NCBI RefSeq assembly: GCF_037042905.1
Contig: NC_087252.1
Span: 21,392,001-21,456,000 of the forward strand
Length of the DNA: 64,000 bases
Reading direction: 5' to 3'
From: Lytechinus pictus
Taxonomy: Eukaryota
A program made the translations under genes and the position numbers. The notes under the pieces were generated by a model that was not told the origin of the DNA, did no database searches, and was given only the letters and a program-made list of their open reading frames with translations. This document shows, in pieces, positions 35,354 to 49,092 of this stretch (position 1 is its first letter; the number at the start of each line of letters is the position of its first letter).

Positions 35354-36067
35354 ATTTATATTCTAAACTGGACAGCAAAAGAAAGTACCCACCCCTGTCA
35401 AAGGCCGGACACAAAAATTCACGACATAAATATAAACATTTTTTGTACACAGGTGTGCTACAATACCCCTTACTAATCACATGCACATAATCAATTGAAT
35501 ATCTTCATAACAAAGAAGAACTTGACATGCATAGCATCTTTGTCTCTGAATCAAAAGTCCCACACAAAAGCACTTTCCACCAAGCAAAAGTTGCCACTGG
35601 ATGGACAACATTTTTTAACAACCATTATGTTAAAGTGAATGGACGGCTTATTCTGTTACAATTTGTGACTTTTGATTCAGTGACCAAGATGTTGTACATG
35701 TCATTTTATTTCTTTGTAATAAAGATAATCACTTCCTGTTGGGTATGTGATTACTAATGGATATTGCACCATACCTGTGTACAAAATTGTTTATTTCTAT
35801 GGGGTGAATTTTTGTGTGCAGCCTTTGAAAGAAGTGGGTACTTTCTTTTGCTGGCCAGTTTATATTTGTTCACTGTATTCAAGCGTTTATGCATCTATTT
35901 TCATGCCTTTTTGTTCACTAATCTCAATTTTTTAATCATTAGTTTTATAGTTCGTATAAAGATACCAGCATTTAGGGAGTTTCGTTCTGCATCATTCTAA
36001 TCATTCAATGGCAACAAGATTTCTTTTTCTACCACAGATAAAACAAACTGTTTCATTACATCATTAA

Positions 36068-36662
36068 AGGACAAGTCCACTCCAACAAAAAGTTGATTCG
36101 AATAAAAAGAGAAAAATCCAACAAACATAACACTGAAAATTCATCAAAATCGGATGTAAAATAAGAAAGTTATGACATTTTAAAGTTTCGCTTAATTTCA
36201 CAAAACAGTTATATGCACATCCTGGTCTGTATGCAAATGAGGAGACTGATGACGTCATCCACTCACTATTTCTTTTGTATTTTATTATATGAAATATTCT
36301 AATTTTCTCCTCATTGCCAAGTGAAACAACGATTAATTCTTCCCTGAACATGTGGAATTAGCATTGTTTAATACTATTAGGTTGAGTCAAGTTGGTCCTT
36401 ATTGTCAAATTTGTAAAAATTGAAATATTGTATAATTCAAACAATAAAAAACAAAAGAAATAGTTAGTGAGGGACATCATCAACTATCTCATTTGCATGA
36501 CACTCAGTTGTGCATATCACTGTTTTGTGAAAAATAATTGAAACTTTAAAATGTCATAACTTTCTTATTTTACATCGGATTTTGATGAAATTTTCAGTGT
36601 TTTGCTAGTTTGATTTTTCTCAATTTATTCAAATCAACATTTTTCTGGGGAGGACTTGACCT
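36068..36662. mobile_element. TTAA-flanked MITE (Kolobok-like)
   Basis: TTAA|AGGACAAGTCCAC..GGACTTGACCT|TTAA with long imperfect TIRs; second copy at 58682-59056. Confidence 0.9.
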
Positions 36663-38179
36663 TTAATAGTCATTCATACCCAGAACCAAACAAGATTTAT
36701 TTCCCTACCATAGCTAAAAACCCACTGTTGCAAATACATCTTTCATAACCAACACACACCCAATTGCATGGGAATCACGTCCCCAACATACTTGAGACCG
36801 TTTCAAAAATACGTCTGCTTGCATGACGTCTCGTTTTGACCAAAAACAGTGCATTCAAGAATCATTATTGTGTCCAGAAAAGTGCAGATGAGGAATTGGT
36901 TTATTGATTTTGTTAGATATTTTGAGCAAGGATTTTATGTCTCCCAAGTCTAGCCAGATGACTATGATAAAAAATAATATAATCATTAAAGTACTTTAAG
37001 CTAGAGATCATCCTGCATGTACTCTTCAAAGGTTATTCATTATGTTTCAGTAAATCAAGTAATCAACAGATTATTTACAGTCAAACTTTGAATTTGTCAG
37101 ATAAAATGAATGACCTTATAGATCTGAAAACACGTTTTATGACGGTTACAATCTCAAATCTTCTGGGAACATATATGTCTACAAGCTCTGCTTTTTAATA
37201 GGTTCCTCATATTTCACGATATTGTATTTCTTTGTAAAAGACTACAATTATGTATCTTTTGTCATCATTTTCTCATAATTATGTTCAAGATGTATGTTTT
37301 TGTGGAATGTGAAACAATAAATCAAATCAAAAATCAAATCAAATCAAATGTAATGATGTCAGAATTACTAGAAGGTGAAATTGGATCCCTACAGTAATCA
37401 AAATATGTCTTTGTGTATTTTTTTTACAATGCGTGCAATGAGAACTAAATGTAAATTTATGTCAGTGTGAAGTCCTGGGAGATATGGAAAATATGAAGCA
37501 TTTATGTAAAATATTAATAGGTGGTCGAGCTCCAGGCAAGCCTCCTTGCCCCTACCCTACCATCACATCTCGTACACTTTGGAAAATATGAACATTGAAA
37601 TTAGAATTCAGATTTTTCAGATACTTTTCATCAATGCTGCTTCTTTCAGCGTTTCCTTGCAGACTCTACCCCCTCCCGCCCCCATGCTAAACGGTACTCC
37701 CAGCTGGCTCCAGTCTGACCAGTACACTTGCCCTAAATACATTCATAATTCAGAATTGCTCTGGTCAGAGAGTTCAAACTATTTTTTTTTTCTGGATCAA
37801 CCTAGTAATTGTTTTTCTGTGATCGTGCAAGTTGCACTTTTTGTGATCTTTTGCCGGGGTGTCATTGCATTCCGTTTGATTTCCTGTGCACTGGGTATGC
37901 TCCATCATTTTTTGTCTCTTAGGCTCCTTGTCCCTTAAGTTTCTCTATAACTGAGTTTTTTTTTCTGTCTCTGTCTTTTTGTCTTGGTGTGTACATCTCT
38001 CCTTGTTTCCTTGGTCCTATTATGATGGAATGTCTTTTTGTTATTTTGTCTTAACCATTTTCTGCATTTTTCTCTTGATGACTTTTCTTTGTGTGTGTGT
38101 GTCTCTTTACCCCTCCCCTCCCCTCCTCTTCCATTTATTCATCTCCCTCTGTCTTTCCTTGTTAACTCTGCTCTCTCTC

Positions 38180-39060
38180 TTTCAAGTTGGTTTGCCATTC
38201 GTCTCTGTATGCCTCGCCTTCTGTTTTTCTTGTCTCAAAACTATTTTATTTGCGTAATAGTCTTTCTGGGTGTCATTTCAACTTTATGAAACACCTTTTT
38301 GATCCATTTTCCTTCCAAGTCTCTATTTTTTTCTCTTTTCTTAAAGTGCCCTCCGTCTATCTCTCATTGTCTCCCTTTCCCTTTCTTTGTTACTCCCCCC
38401 TCTCTCGTTCAAGTTGATTTGTTTTATTTGAATGGGGGTCTTTCTGGATGTCATTTAAACTTTTTGAAACACCTGTTTCATCCATTTTCCTCCCAAGTCT
38501 CTTCCTCTTTTCAAAAGTCTCCTCTCTCTATCTCTTTTCTTCATCCCCTGTCCCTTTCTTCGTTAACCCCTCTCTCATTTAAGTTTGTTTTATTTTCTTT
38601 TATTTGAATGGGGGTCTTTCTGGATGTCATTTCAACTTTATGAAACACCTTCTTGATACATTTTCCTCCCAAGTCTCTTTCTCTTTTCTAAAAGTCTCCT
38701 CCCTCTATCTCTCTCATCGTCTCCCTGTCCCTTTCTTTGTTAATCCCCCCTCTCTCTTTCAAGTTGATTTGTTTGATTTTCTTTTATTTGAACGGTAGTC
38801 TTTCTGGATGTCATTTCAACTTTATGAAACATCTTTTTGATCCATTTTCCTTCCAAGTCTCTATTTTTTCTCTTTTCTTAAAGTGCCCTCCCTCTATCTC
38901 TTTCTTCATCTCCCCGTCCCTTTGTTAACTCCCTCCTCCCTCTTTCAAGTTAATTTGTTTTATTTTCTTTTATTTGAACGGTAGTTTTTCTGGATGTTGT
39001 TTTAACTGTTTAAACACCTTTTTAATCCATTATCCTTTCCAAGCTTCTCTCTTTTCTTAA
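38180..39060 (+). repeat. ~170-190 bp pyrimidine-rich tandem repeat (~5 units)
   Basis: GTCTTTCTGGATGTCATTTCAACTTTATGAAACACC repeated. Confidence 0.85.
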
Positions 39061-39119
39061 CTCTTTCTTCACCCTCTACTAGTTTTTTTTTACCCTTCCA
39101 TTTCTTCACTCTCTCCACT

Positions 39120-39455
39120 TAGTCTGTGGGCACAGACCTTAATTGAAACTTTGATCAACAAGTTTGGTCTTCACACAAAACTAGCACATATAAAACTTGC
39201 TGTTTCAACCAGGGCCTTCAGCATACAATAAATTTTAGGTTGCGGATGCAGACCACTTAACTTGAGTGAAGGGTTTGTGCTAGTCTGCTGGGCAAACCCT
39301 TCACTCGAGTTAAGGGTCTGAATGTGCAGCCTACTCATGCCTTGTGTACTGAAGGCTCTCTCGCTCAGGGAACAGCAAGTTTTGTATATGCTAGTCTTTG
39401 CGTGCAGGCACACTTGTTGATCAAAGTTCCAATCAGGGTCTGTGCCTGCAGACTA
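39120..39455. mobile_element. Palindromic MITE with TAG..CTA termini (Academ-like)
   Basis: TAGTCTG..GCACAGACC..TTTGATCAACAAGT arms; internal hairpin at 39252-39318. Confidence 0.8.
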
Positions 39456-39794
39456 GGTTTGCGCAGCAGACTTCTCTCCACTTAATCTACTTCTCAGATA
39501 GTATTATGCTTCATGGGAAAAGCACATTTGGTCTACTTAGTACTATCACCTTGGTCTAATTGCCATTTGGTCTTTTCTAAACTTGGTCCTATACCACTTG
39601 GGTCTATTTTTTTATTCAGCCTGATGCCAAAATTGTTTAATTTCCTCTTTGTCTACGTATTTATTGCCTTTAGTCAAATGACAATGAAAGAGAATTAAAC
39701 AGTTCATCTATTTATATAGACTGTGTGGTGTTAAACCAAGTGAATATAAGATTAAATGTGGAATTAGAGAAAATAATGGTAAATGGGCTAAATG

Positions 39795-39990
39795 ACAGGT
39801 GACACGACATTTGCTCCTACGACAAATGCTCCAGGCGTTATTTTCGTCTAAGATGTAGGGTAAGGGTTAGAGTTGCAATAGGGTTTTATGTTAGGTTTAG
39901 GGTAGGGTATAGTGCTAAACCCAGGGTTGAAGTTGGTCATTTGATTAGTGTCTGGAATTTAGAGTGGGGCAATTGCCAGTGGAGCAACTT
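39795..39990 (+). mobile_element. MITE with (T)AGGGTT-rich core; related copy at 62617-63073
   Basis: CATTTGCTCC..GGAGCAA ends; colinear with the 62617 copy. Confidence 0.7.
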
Positions 39991-40204
39991 TCAATGGAAC
40001 AAAATGACGATTGGAACAAATGTTTAGTAGACAATCTGGTTGCAGATGAAGTATGATTGGTCCAAGTGGGATTAGACCAAACAAAATAGACAATGTGGGT
40101 GTAAAACAAATTGCATTATACAGGTCTATCCAATGAGTCCCTACCTTTTTTTTCTTCATATGATTGAAATGAAGGGGGGAGGAGTTTTGGTTAAAGGGCA
40201 TATA

Positions 40205-40500
40205 CAAATCAGAAACATTAATAGCCTCGCCTCAAGTCCTCAACTACTTATATCTGACAAGGTTCATTACCCATAATGCAACATTCTGAGTAGTGTAGTC
40301 TTGTAATATAGACCTGTTTGAATGATAAAACATTGATTCACTACCTAATACATTCATACCTCAGTAATTATGTTTGAGTAGCAAAGCAGGTACCTTTCCT
40401 CTCGATTTTTTTGTTTCTCTATACAAAATGAAATTATAGGCTAATTTATTCTCTGTCAGTAGCAATAGTTACCTCATAAGGTATGTTTTAAGTCCAGCGA
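40205..40500 (-). repeat. Old interspersed repeat family, copy 2
   Basis: CCTCAAGTCCTCAACTACTTATATCTG..; aligns by eye with 59305-59610. Confidence 0.7.
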
Positions 40501-40502
40501 TT

Positions 40503-40853
40503 TATAATAATGATAATAATAATCTGTTCTTATATAGCCCTGAATTCATTTGAAAGACTTCTCTAAGCACTTTACAGAGTAATATTACTGCAGTCATTTG
40601 ATCCTGGCATGCCTGCGAACAATGTACGCACTTTCTCCACTCACTTTGGAGCATTTCAACAAGAGTTCCAAGACTCGATTGCTAGGCATACTACATATGC
40701 TCTCGCATCCTAGCAGCTACCCATGTAACACCTGGGTGTAGAGTGGCAAAGTATGGATTGATGCCTTGCCTAAGGATGCTAGGCCATGGTGGGATTCGAA
40801 CACACGACCCTCTGATTGCAAGGCGGGAGTCAGAACCGCTACATCACGACTCA
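40503..40853 (-). mobile_element. tRNA-derived SINE with (TTA)n tail
   Basis: Minus-strand B box GTTCGAATCCC, body CACCCAGGTG, tail GCTATATAAGAAC(ATT)n. Confidence 0.8.
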
Positions 40854-42444
40854 CAGTCGATGAGAGACACCACCTTGTTGGCAGTTTGCTCCTTAGAAGG
40901 AAAAGAGTATCAGTGTGCTGTAAGAACTCTACCTTTCCCTGGAAATTCAGTGGATTTTCAACCAGGCAATATGAGAAAGGTGCTTCAATCCAAGTTCACG
41001 AGTTCATCGCTGAACTTTTAGCTTTCCCTGACGGGGAAACGCATAATCCATGTATCTGTTTGCAGACGTATTCAATTGCCCACCCACGCCTCCAAGACAA
41101 AAGTTTAAGGTTTCACCGGTGGGATTGTCAATGGTCAATTGACAGGAGGGCAATGGCTAATTTTCATTATGCCTTGTGTTTTGTGAGGGAAATTATGTGG
41201 TAGTGAGCCTTTATCTCGGCTGCCATCTTGTAACCCGATTAGCTGCTCCATCTCTTTACACACACTTGACATTTCAATGTGCATACAATGCATGTATCTT
41301 CATCTTCTTTCGTATTGTCTTTCTGATGGGACGGTCGCAAGAAACTCGCTATCCGTTGCATGTGAAATTTTGGTCCCAAACTTAATCACATGTCTTGTCA
41401 TTAATCGCAAAGTTACGATTGATTGCGGGTCCGCTTCTTGCAACAAAAAGTATGAATTGATATTTGCTATTAACTTACAATTACAATTGATCTATCATTT
41501 GTAAGCTTACAACATACAGTGTGTAAATGATTTTCTTGCAAAACCCCCTAACAAGGAATTTCACTCATTTGATTCAGGACATGTATCTATTTGGCTCTCA
41601 TAATTCCCTCTTCTCCTTTTCTCTATCTTTCATCTTTCATTCGTTCATTCAATCTGTTCACCTTTTCTCTTTCGCATTTGCCCCCTTTCTGTTTTGATCT
41701 CATCTTCTGTATATTTATCTTCTTTTATGCCTCTTCCAACAATCTGCTTTCATTGTTATCTACGTTTTGAAAAAAAAAAAATCTGTATTTTTTGGGTCAT
41801 TTTGTGCTCATGATGTATTTCATAATTCCTTCTTTTTCTGTTTCATGTCCCCGTAGACAATATTCATCCTCTTCTTTTCTTCTCTCTTTTATTTCATCTT
41901 CCCCTCTCCCTCATTTTCCTGTCTTTGTTTTTTTGGTACTAGCCATCCCCCTTTCCCTCGTTCCCTCATTCCTTCCCTACACCCGAATCGAGGAACATAA
42001 TTTGTGACCCGCTCGCTAGCCGGCCCTTAAGACGCACTTGAATTTGATCTTGCACGTGAACGTCTTCAAGAACGACTTGTTCCACATCTGCGACAATTGA
42101 ATCAAAAGCGCTGAACGTGATAGTTAAAAAACCCTCCTCGCCCGTCTCCAACAGCCCGTAGAGTTTTACCCTCCTTTCTCGACGGTGGAGGGGGGGAAAA
42201 AGAACGACCGATGTTTCTTTCCCGTTGAAAGAGGCTATTTTTGGCATTCAGTATCTCCTAAACATTTTCCTGCCTGCTGTTTTATGTTAAATTTCAATCT
42301 ATTTCAAGTTCTCAGAGACTTTTCAACCTTCTCCTTTCAATTACGGTGCCACATGAATGTTTTGGCCATTGCACCATGTACAGCATTGTATGCCGTTGGA
42401 TTTTCGTTTGAAGTGGGAAAAAGACTGAAACTGGGTGTTAGATT

Positions 42445-42781
42445 TTAAAGGGGGAGTGAACTGTGTGTGGTCTTTCATTGAATGTGTGTTATAAAACAGT
42501 CTTAAAATGTACGTTTTCAGATATCTACTGATACTACAGAAAATAAATTGACCTATAATTGTACTTGTATAGAGAAACTAAAATGTTTTGAGAGGAAAAG
42601 TAATTGTTTTGCTATTGGTAACATCATAACTGCAGTATAAATGTATTGAGTAGTTAATTAGCATGTTATCATTCAAGTGGGTCTATAATACTAGACTACA
42701 TTAGCATTATGGGTCAGGAAACTGGCCAGGTATGAGTAGTTGAGGACTCGAGATGGGGCTATTGGTTCGTATCTGCTTTAA
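42445..42781 (+). repeat. Old interspersed repeat family, copy 3 (TTAA at both ends)
   Basis: Shares the core with 20080-20450. Confidence 0.65.
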
Positions 42782-45700
42782 TGCTGAATATATTCAGGCA
42801 AAACTTCCATTGGAATTGAACTCTTTTAAAATATTACAATTCAAGCAGCTGTCCGATTATTATCTTAAATAAATCCTTAAAGATTCTGTGTGCATATGAT
42901 TAAGAAAAATAAAATGTCAAGATGTAATGTGTATATGGATAGCCTGATTATTACTTGAAAACACAGAAATCATTAAAAATGAATGAAAACTGTAATAGTG
43001 TAAGTTGAAAACATTTGTACTATCATCTCACATTCAGAAAGAAATTAAAGATGGCTATCTTTGGTATTGTTAGCTTAGAATTAATATTTTAGGAATCTCT
43101 TTCATGAATATTATAATTTCTGATTGGTTGAACTATAAATCAAAAGTTTGCACCATTGTGAAGTAAGAAAATCTTTTCCAATAAATGTATGCTTACTTTC
43201 TAAACAAAATCGGTTCTTGGTAACCAGTAAGCTTGCCTAACATAGCAACAATCAATGTATGCGGAGTGGCAGACAGGATTTAATGCCATAATGTATTACT
43301 GATAAGTTGAATGAATGCCTTGATTTTGGTTCCTAAGAAAATAATGAACAAAGAAAGGAAAGAGAAAGAAAGAAAAAAAAAACTTTGTTGCTTACTATTA
43401 AACATGCTAATTACTGGCCTGACCAATTCCTTGAAACTGACAATTTTTTTATGCAAGGTTTTGTCGAAACTTGAATTGCAAACCTCTCTTCCTATGCGCA
43501 TGTACATGTATGACATCCATAGTATGGTGAAAATTATGTGAGAGGATCTAATGCATGAGGGCCATTTAGACTAATCACTCAACATAATTTCCACGGTAAT
43601 ATACATCGCATAATCCCTACTCCGTTGGATCCTCCAATTGGCAATACTGATCTGTGTCCCATTTCTAAGCATAGAGCACCTGCTCTCCCTTGGACGGGGA
43701 TTAAGAACCTTAAAACTCAAATTTTATGCGAATTTTGTCGTCTCTGTAACAAGATTTTCAGTGTTGTGATAATTATTATATTCAATACTAAACGTATTAT
43801 TGAGTTAGTCATGCAGCGGTAATGACTAGTTGTACTATTGCCCCCAAATTGCATTTTAATCTCGCGCCATGTTCTCTATCAGAGTCAAAAGGCTGTAAGT
43901 GTCCCATATTTCCCTTCGCTCAAAAAGCTGATCGTCTACATGGAGGCGATGTTCTGTTTGAGACATGATAAATATGGTTGTCAGATTTTGCATTACATTG
44001 GTTTATCATCCATAATTGAAACAGTATTGAAGCCTCTTGTTCAAATAGGCCTATGCATGTGTTTAATACCAGATTGATAACTGAATTCTGTAATATAAAC
44101 AGGGAGCATTTGGTGCCTCTAAGGCAAGGTTGTATAGATCACTGGGTGAACTAAGAAAACATCAGCAATAAACAGGTACACACTGTATATTCTCTTCAAC
44201 AGAGACTTGTTTTTTTCAATTATATTTTTATTTCTTTCAACCCATTTTAGTATTTTTGTAATCGGGCTGGAAAAGTGGAGTATAAGCATGCATTATGAAC
44301 ACACTGCAAAAAACTGTTTCAAAATATTTTTTTGGTATTAATGTCTGTAATTGATCAAACATCTAACACAGTTGGTGAATACCAGTTGGTCAACAAGGGA
44401 TGGGCAAAAATTGCGTCTAAATGTTGGATGAACTTTTACCAATGGTTGATTAAAACATCTAAATAAGATCAACATTTCGACCCACTGAGAGTTTGCCCTA
44501 TTTTACACTTGACCAATATATGCATAAAACAGTTCTCCCCTAAAATATACAAAGAGATACTTAATTGATAAGTTTGGATGTGTGATTGTATATTTGTTAT
44601 CATTTAAGCTTAGACAACATAAGCAAAACCAATGTACAATTTTGCAGAAGAATACAAATTTTAGACTTTCTCACAATGTGCATGTTGTAATAAAAATTCT
44701 CAATTTCTCTTTACTACTGAGGTGAATTGAATGATATGTAGCTACCTACGTCATAGATTTGACCCATCCAATAATTTATTTTTAACGCTGGAGGTCCTTT
44801 TTTCATGAATGGCAAAAAACAATGAAATACAAAGCAAAGTGACCGGAATATTTTAAAGCCCTCCTGCCGAAGACAAGAGATGGAATTTTGTCCCTCGCTT
44901 GGCCGCTGTTGCCAACCTTGTTTTGAAATCCGACACTAGTCACATGACTGCTTAGGAATGCTGCAAACAGGTGCTTGAATGGGAATTTCCAAGATCCATT
45001 TACCGGGGTTTATTCACACTCGAAAATTAAACATTTTTTCACTTCATTTACAGTATTCGCACACACATTTTTTGATAAAAAATAAAAATAATACTTCTAT
45101 ATGATAATTATGATATGGATGATATAGCATCAAAATATTGACAATATTTGATGATTTACGGAATGTCAGTGCATTCTTCATTATCTTAAAAGAAATTAAG
45201 ATCCAAAGAGGATAATATTGTTCTAGTTCAGTCATATTCTAGATTTTGAAGAAATTGCTACTGGTGTAAGATGTACATATGAATCAATACATATATATCA
45301 AAGACTGTTAAAGCATTTACATAAAAAATCTATATTCATATGGGCCTCCCGAGTTATCATTATGTATCTATATTAAGAATGAAGATGGATGTTATAGACA
45401 TGCATACATTCTGTGCAAATTCATTCTCCAATGTCATTCCTCGCATCGTCAAAAAGAGGTTCATCCCACTACCTAGGGGGGGAAGTCTAATGGTGTAGTG
45501 GTTCTAACCACCCTATAACAAGAGGATCGTGTGTTCAAATTACAAATGATAACTGTAAAGCACGTAGAGACGATGTCCTACCAATCTGAAGGACTGAAAG
45601 AAAGTGGAATGTATTTATTTGATCTTTTGGGTAAAGATTCAGCAACAAGCCTTTAAAATGTCATTGAAATGTCTAGCTTAAATTTCAAGTGTGAACAGGG

Positions 45701-46375
45701 GGTCTGATGTAGAAGTCAGTACCCCATTTTTCATACTGCAGGGAGAGTATGGAGTCTGATTGCCCCTTTTAGAATTATGTATTCTTGAGATTTGGATTCT
45801 GGTCAGGTGTTGAAGAAGCGCTCAAGTCCCTTTTTAGCTAGCAAACAACGAGGGTTTAATGCGTTAACCCATTTCAGGTCAGAGGAATGGTTTATAAAAG
45901 AGGGAGAGATCAAGACGAGGGAGAGAGAGAGAGAGGAGAGGAGAGGAGAAGAGAAAAGGAGAGAAAAAAAACTTAAATTATACTACATGTACAAACTAGT
46001 TTTCCACAAAGAGAAGACATAGAGAAAGAGAGAGAGAAAGAGGGGGGGGGGGGGGTGAAAAAGAAAGATAGAGCAAACAAGACAAGAGAGAAGAGAAGAC
46101 AATACAACATAAAAGAATAGAAAGAGGAGAAGACAAGATGAGAAGACAAAAGAAGATAAGAGAAGAAAAGAGAAGAGGAAAGAATAGGAGAGAAGAGAAG
46201 GGGAAGAAGAGAGGAGAGAGAGAAAAAAAATAGGAGAAGGGAGAAGGGAAGAGAGAGACAGGAAGAGAGAGAGAGACAAAGACATATAAAGAAAGGGAAA
46301 GAGGTAATTGTCAGTATGTGGATAATGAAATAAAAAAAATATGAAGAGAGGGAAGAAAAACCAAAATCTTTGAAA

Positions 46376-46644
46376 GGGCCTCGTCTTACAAAGAGTTACG
46401 ATTGATCCGATCAATCGTAACTCTATGGAAATCCATCAGTGTCATAATTTTTTCTGTAGGAAACTTGCACAATGTCCTTTGTAAACAAAGAGAAGCACAG
46501 TGAATTTTCAAGAAAACAATGATTGCATGAATAAACATAGTTAGAAAATATTTTGAACAAACATGAACAATATGTGTTGCTGTTACTGGCTGTCCATAGT
46601 TGCGATTGATCAGATCAATCGTAACCCTTTGTAAGAAGGGGCCC
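46376..46644 (+). mobile_element. GGG..CCC MITE (Harbinger-like); right end tandemly duplicated to ~46914
   Basis: TIR GGGCC..TCTTACAAAG.GTTACGATTGATC.GATCAATCG; inverted copy at 47700-47962. Confidence 0.85.
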
Positions 46645-47699
46645 TTATCTCCCCACAAAACAAAACATAACATATAATATTATGCAGCAAGTTGTAGTTA
46701 AGCAATGCCAACAGAGTAAAATGATGTATATGAGCTTGAATGATATATGTTGATGTTAGTGGCCGTCCATGGTTGCGATTGATCGGATTAATCGTAACTT
46801 TTTGTAAGAAGGGGGCCCTGATTTCCCCACAAAACAAAACATAACATTTAATATTATGCAGCAAGTTGTAGTTAAGCAATGTCAACAGAGTAAAATGATG
46901 TATATGAGCTTGAATCCGGGGGCGTTAAATGAAGCGATGCGCCCTCGGTCTACGCATCAGACCATTACGAGTAATTAGCGATTGACTGTTTTCTTGTGTG
47001 TCTAGTAATCGGAAGTGCAGTGATGCAATTGAGTTTGGTGAAACCAAGGCCTGTTGATTTATTTTGCAATATCGATATAGAGGACATCATTTTCATGAAT
47101 TCAATATATTGACAGGTATTATTATAAGCTTTTTTATTTGATGCATATAATGAGTGACTTTTTTAAAAGTCAAGGCCTATACATTAAGCTTGGTATTGAA
47201 TTGATAATGAGGTGTCGTTTCAGGAGATATCTATTATATTACTTTATACAGTTCTAATTTTGTTAATAGCTTTTATGACCATATTAAAAACAAAACCTTG
47301 TAATTATTAATACATTTTGCAAATTTGATATGATATGTCAATTGAAACAAATTCTATGAAACAAGGTGTTTTGGTATTGTGTACTAGTATACAGGTATGT
47401 GTGTTCATAAAATTTATTTTTTGGTTTTGTTTCAAAATTAAGACTTGTGCTGTATGTATTCTGCTCTATATATCTGAGGAATGATATTCTAAGAGAGGGA
47501 AGAGTGAAAAGGGATGTGGAGTGTAAGAGGGGGGGGGGGGGGAAGGGGGAGTAGAAGGGGGGGGGGGTGGAGGATTAGGCACAAAGAAAGAGGTAGAAGT
47601 GATATGAAGAGAGTTGAAGAGTAAAAAACACTTAACAGAAAGAAAGGATGTATGGAATGAAAGAAAGAAATGAACTCCACTTTCTAGAAAAACCACATC

Positions 47700-47962
47700 C
47701 TGGTTGCGATTGATCCGATCAATTACAACTATGGAAAGCCAGCAAAAGTCAACACATAAAATGCATGTTTTTTTCAACAGATTTTCTAGATATGAATGTA
47801 TATCCACGAATTCATTGATTTTTTAACAATTTGGTGTCAGTGTTCTCCTTTCTTTACAAAGGACATTTTGCAAATTTCCTGTAGAAAAAATTATGGCACT
47901 GATGGCTTTCCAAAGAGTTATGATTGATCGGATCAATTGTAACTCTTTGTAAGACAGGGCCC
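47700..47962 (-). mobile_element. Second, inverted, truncated copy of the MITE at 46376
   Basis: Ends GATTGATCGGATCAATTGTAACTCTTTGTAAGACAGGGCCC. Confidence 0.8.
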
Positions 47963-48904
47963 AGATCGTCCATCTATCCCTCCATATCTCCATCAAACTT
48001 GAACAAACCAACTTAAACCTCAACCAAAGGATAACAGCAGAAACGCGCTATGGCCCCAGATGTAACCTGCCCTCGCAAAGTGACTCCGACTTCATTTATA
48101 AAGCGCTACCATGCCTCCGTATTACCCCAAATCCAGATTAACAAACGACATGGAAAGCTTCCCCCATATCTCACAATTACCACATCCATCCATCCCCATA
48201 TTCCACCAATTTCATCTTTTGATTTCTACTTTAACAATCCCCGGTCTTGGGGATGGCTAAATTCCTTGAAGATTTGATAAGATTATTCAAAGGTCATCCC
48301 ATGTGAAAGATTTATTGTATTATATGTTGAGGTTCTGCGGGTTTACAAGTGGGCCATCCATTTTGTTGTTGGATTACGGGATAAACAGCTATGTCTCATT
48401 CTATTTCATGTTTGGTCGATCTTCGAGACAGGTAGAAGATATTTTGCGATGTGATGTACATGTTCCGAGATTGGATCCGTTTGGTGGTAAATCAACAGAA
48501 GATATGTAAGAGGAATCTTGGATTCCTTCTGTTTGTGGATTACGGGATAAACAACTACGTCTCATTCTATTTCATGTTTGGTTGATCTTCACGGTGGGAC
48601 CTGTCTTGAAGATCGACCAAACATGAAACAGAATCAGACATAGTTGTTTATCTTCTACCTATTGTGTTGAAGATATTTTGCCGTGTTAAATGGAAAGTTT
48701 ACCCTGACAAATTTTTTTATTGTAAAAAAATAGCAGAAAAATAATAAAGATATTGCCGAAGGTTTGAAAAAAATCCATTAAAGAATTAAAGTTATTAGAA
48801 TTTGAATTATTTGATTTGTGACATATGCAAGCAGCTTTCCTACATGTACATATCGTATGGTAATAAATCAAAGAAATGTAATTTTCTCAGAAATTGGTGG
48901 AGAT

Positions 48905-49092
48905 TTTTTTACCTGTTTGCTAAGAAAGCATGAATGCTTGTAAGGAAGCAAATAAAGGATCAACAGCTTTAGGTCATCTCAGAGGGACCTGGTAATGAGG
49001 ATCAATGCCTTATACCAAAGGGCACTAGCGCACCAAATGGGAATCGAAACCGGGTCACAGGAATCCGAAACCCCTGCTTTAACGATTGAGCT
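48905..49092 (-). mobile_element. tRNA-derived SINE, same family as 12639
   Basis: Reverse complement of the GGTGCGCTAGTGCCCTTTGG..CCTCATTACCAGGTCCCTC body. Confidence 0.85.

Noticed and set aside
40743..41203. 92-aa and 145-aa ORFs
   Set aside because: They begin inside an antisense SINE and have no recognisable domain.
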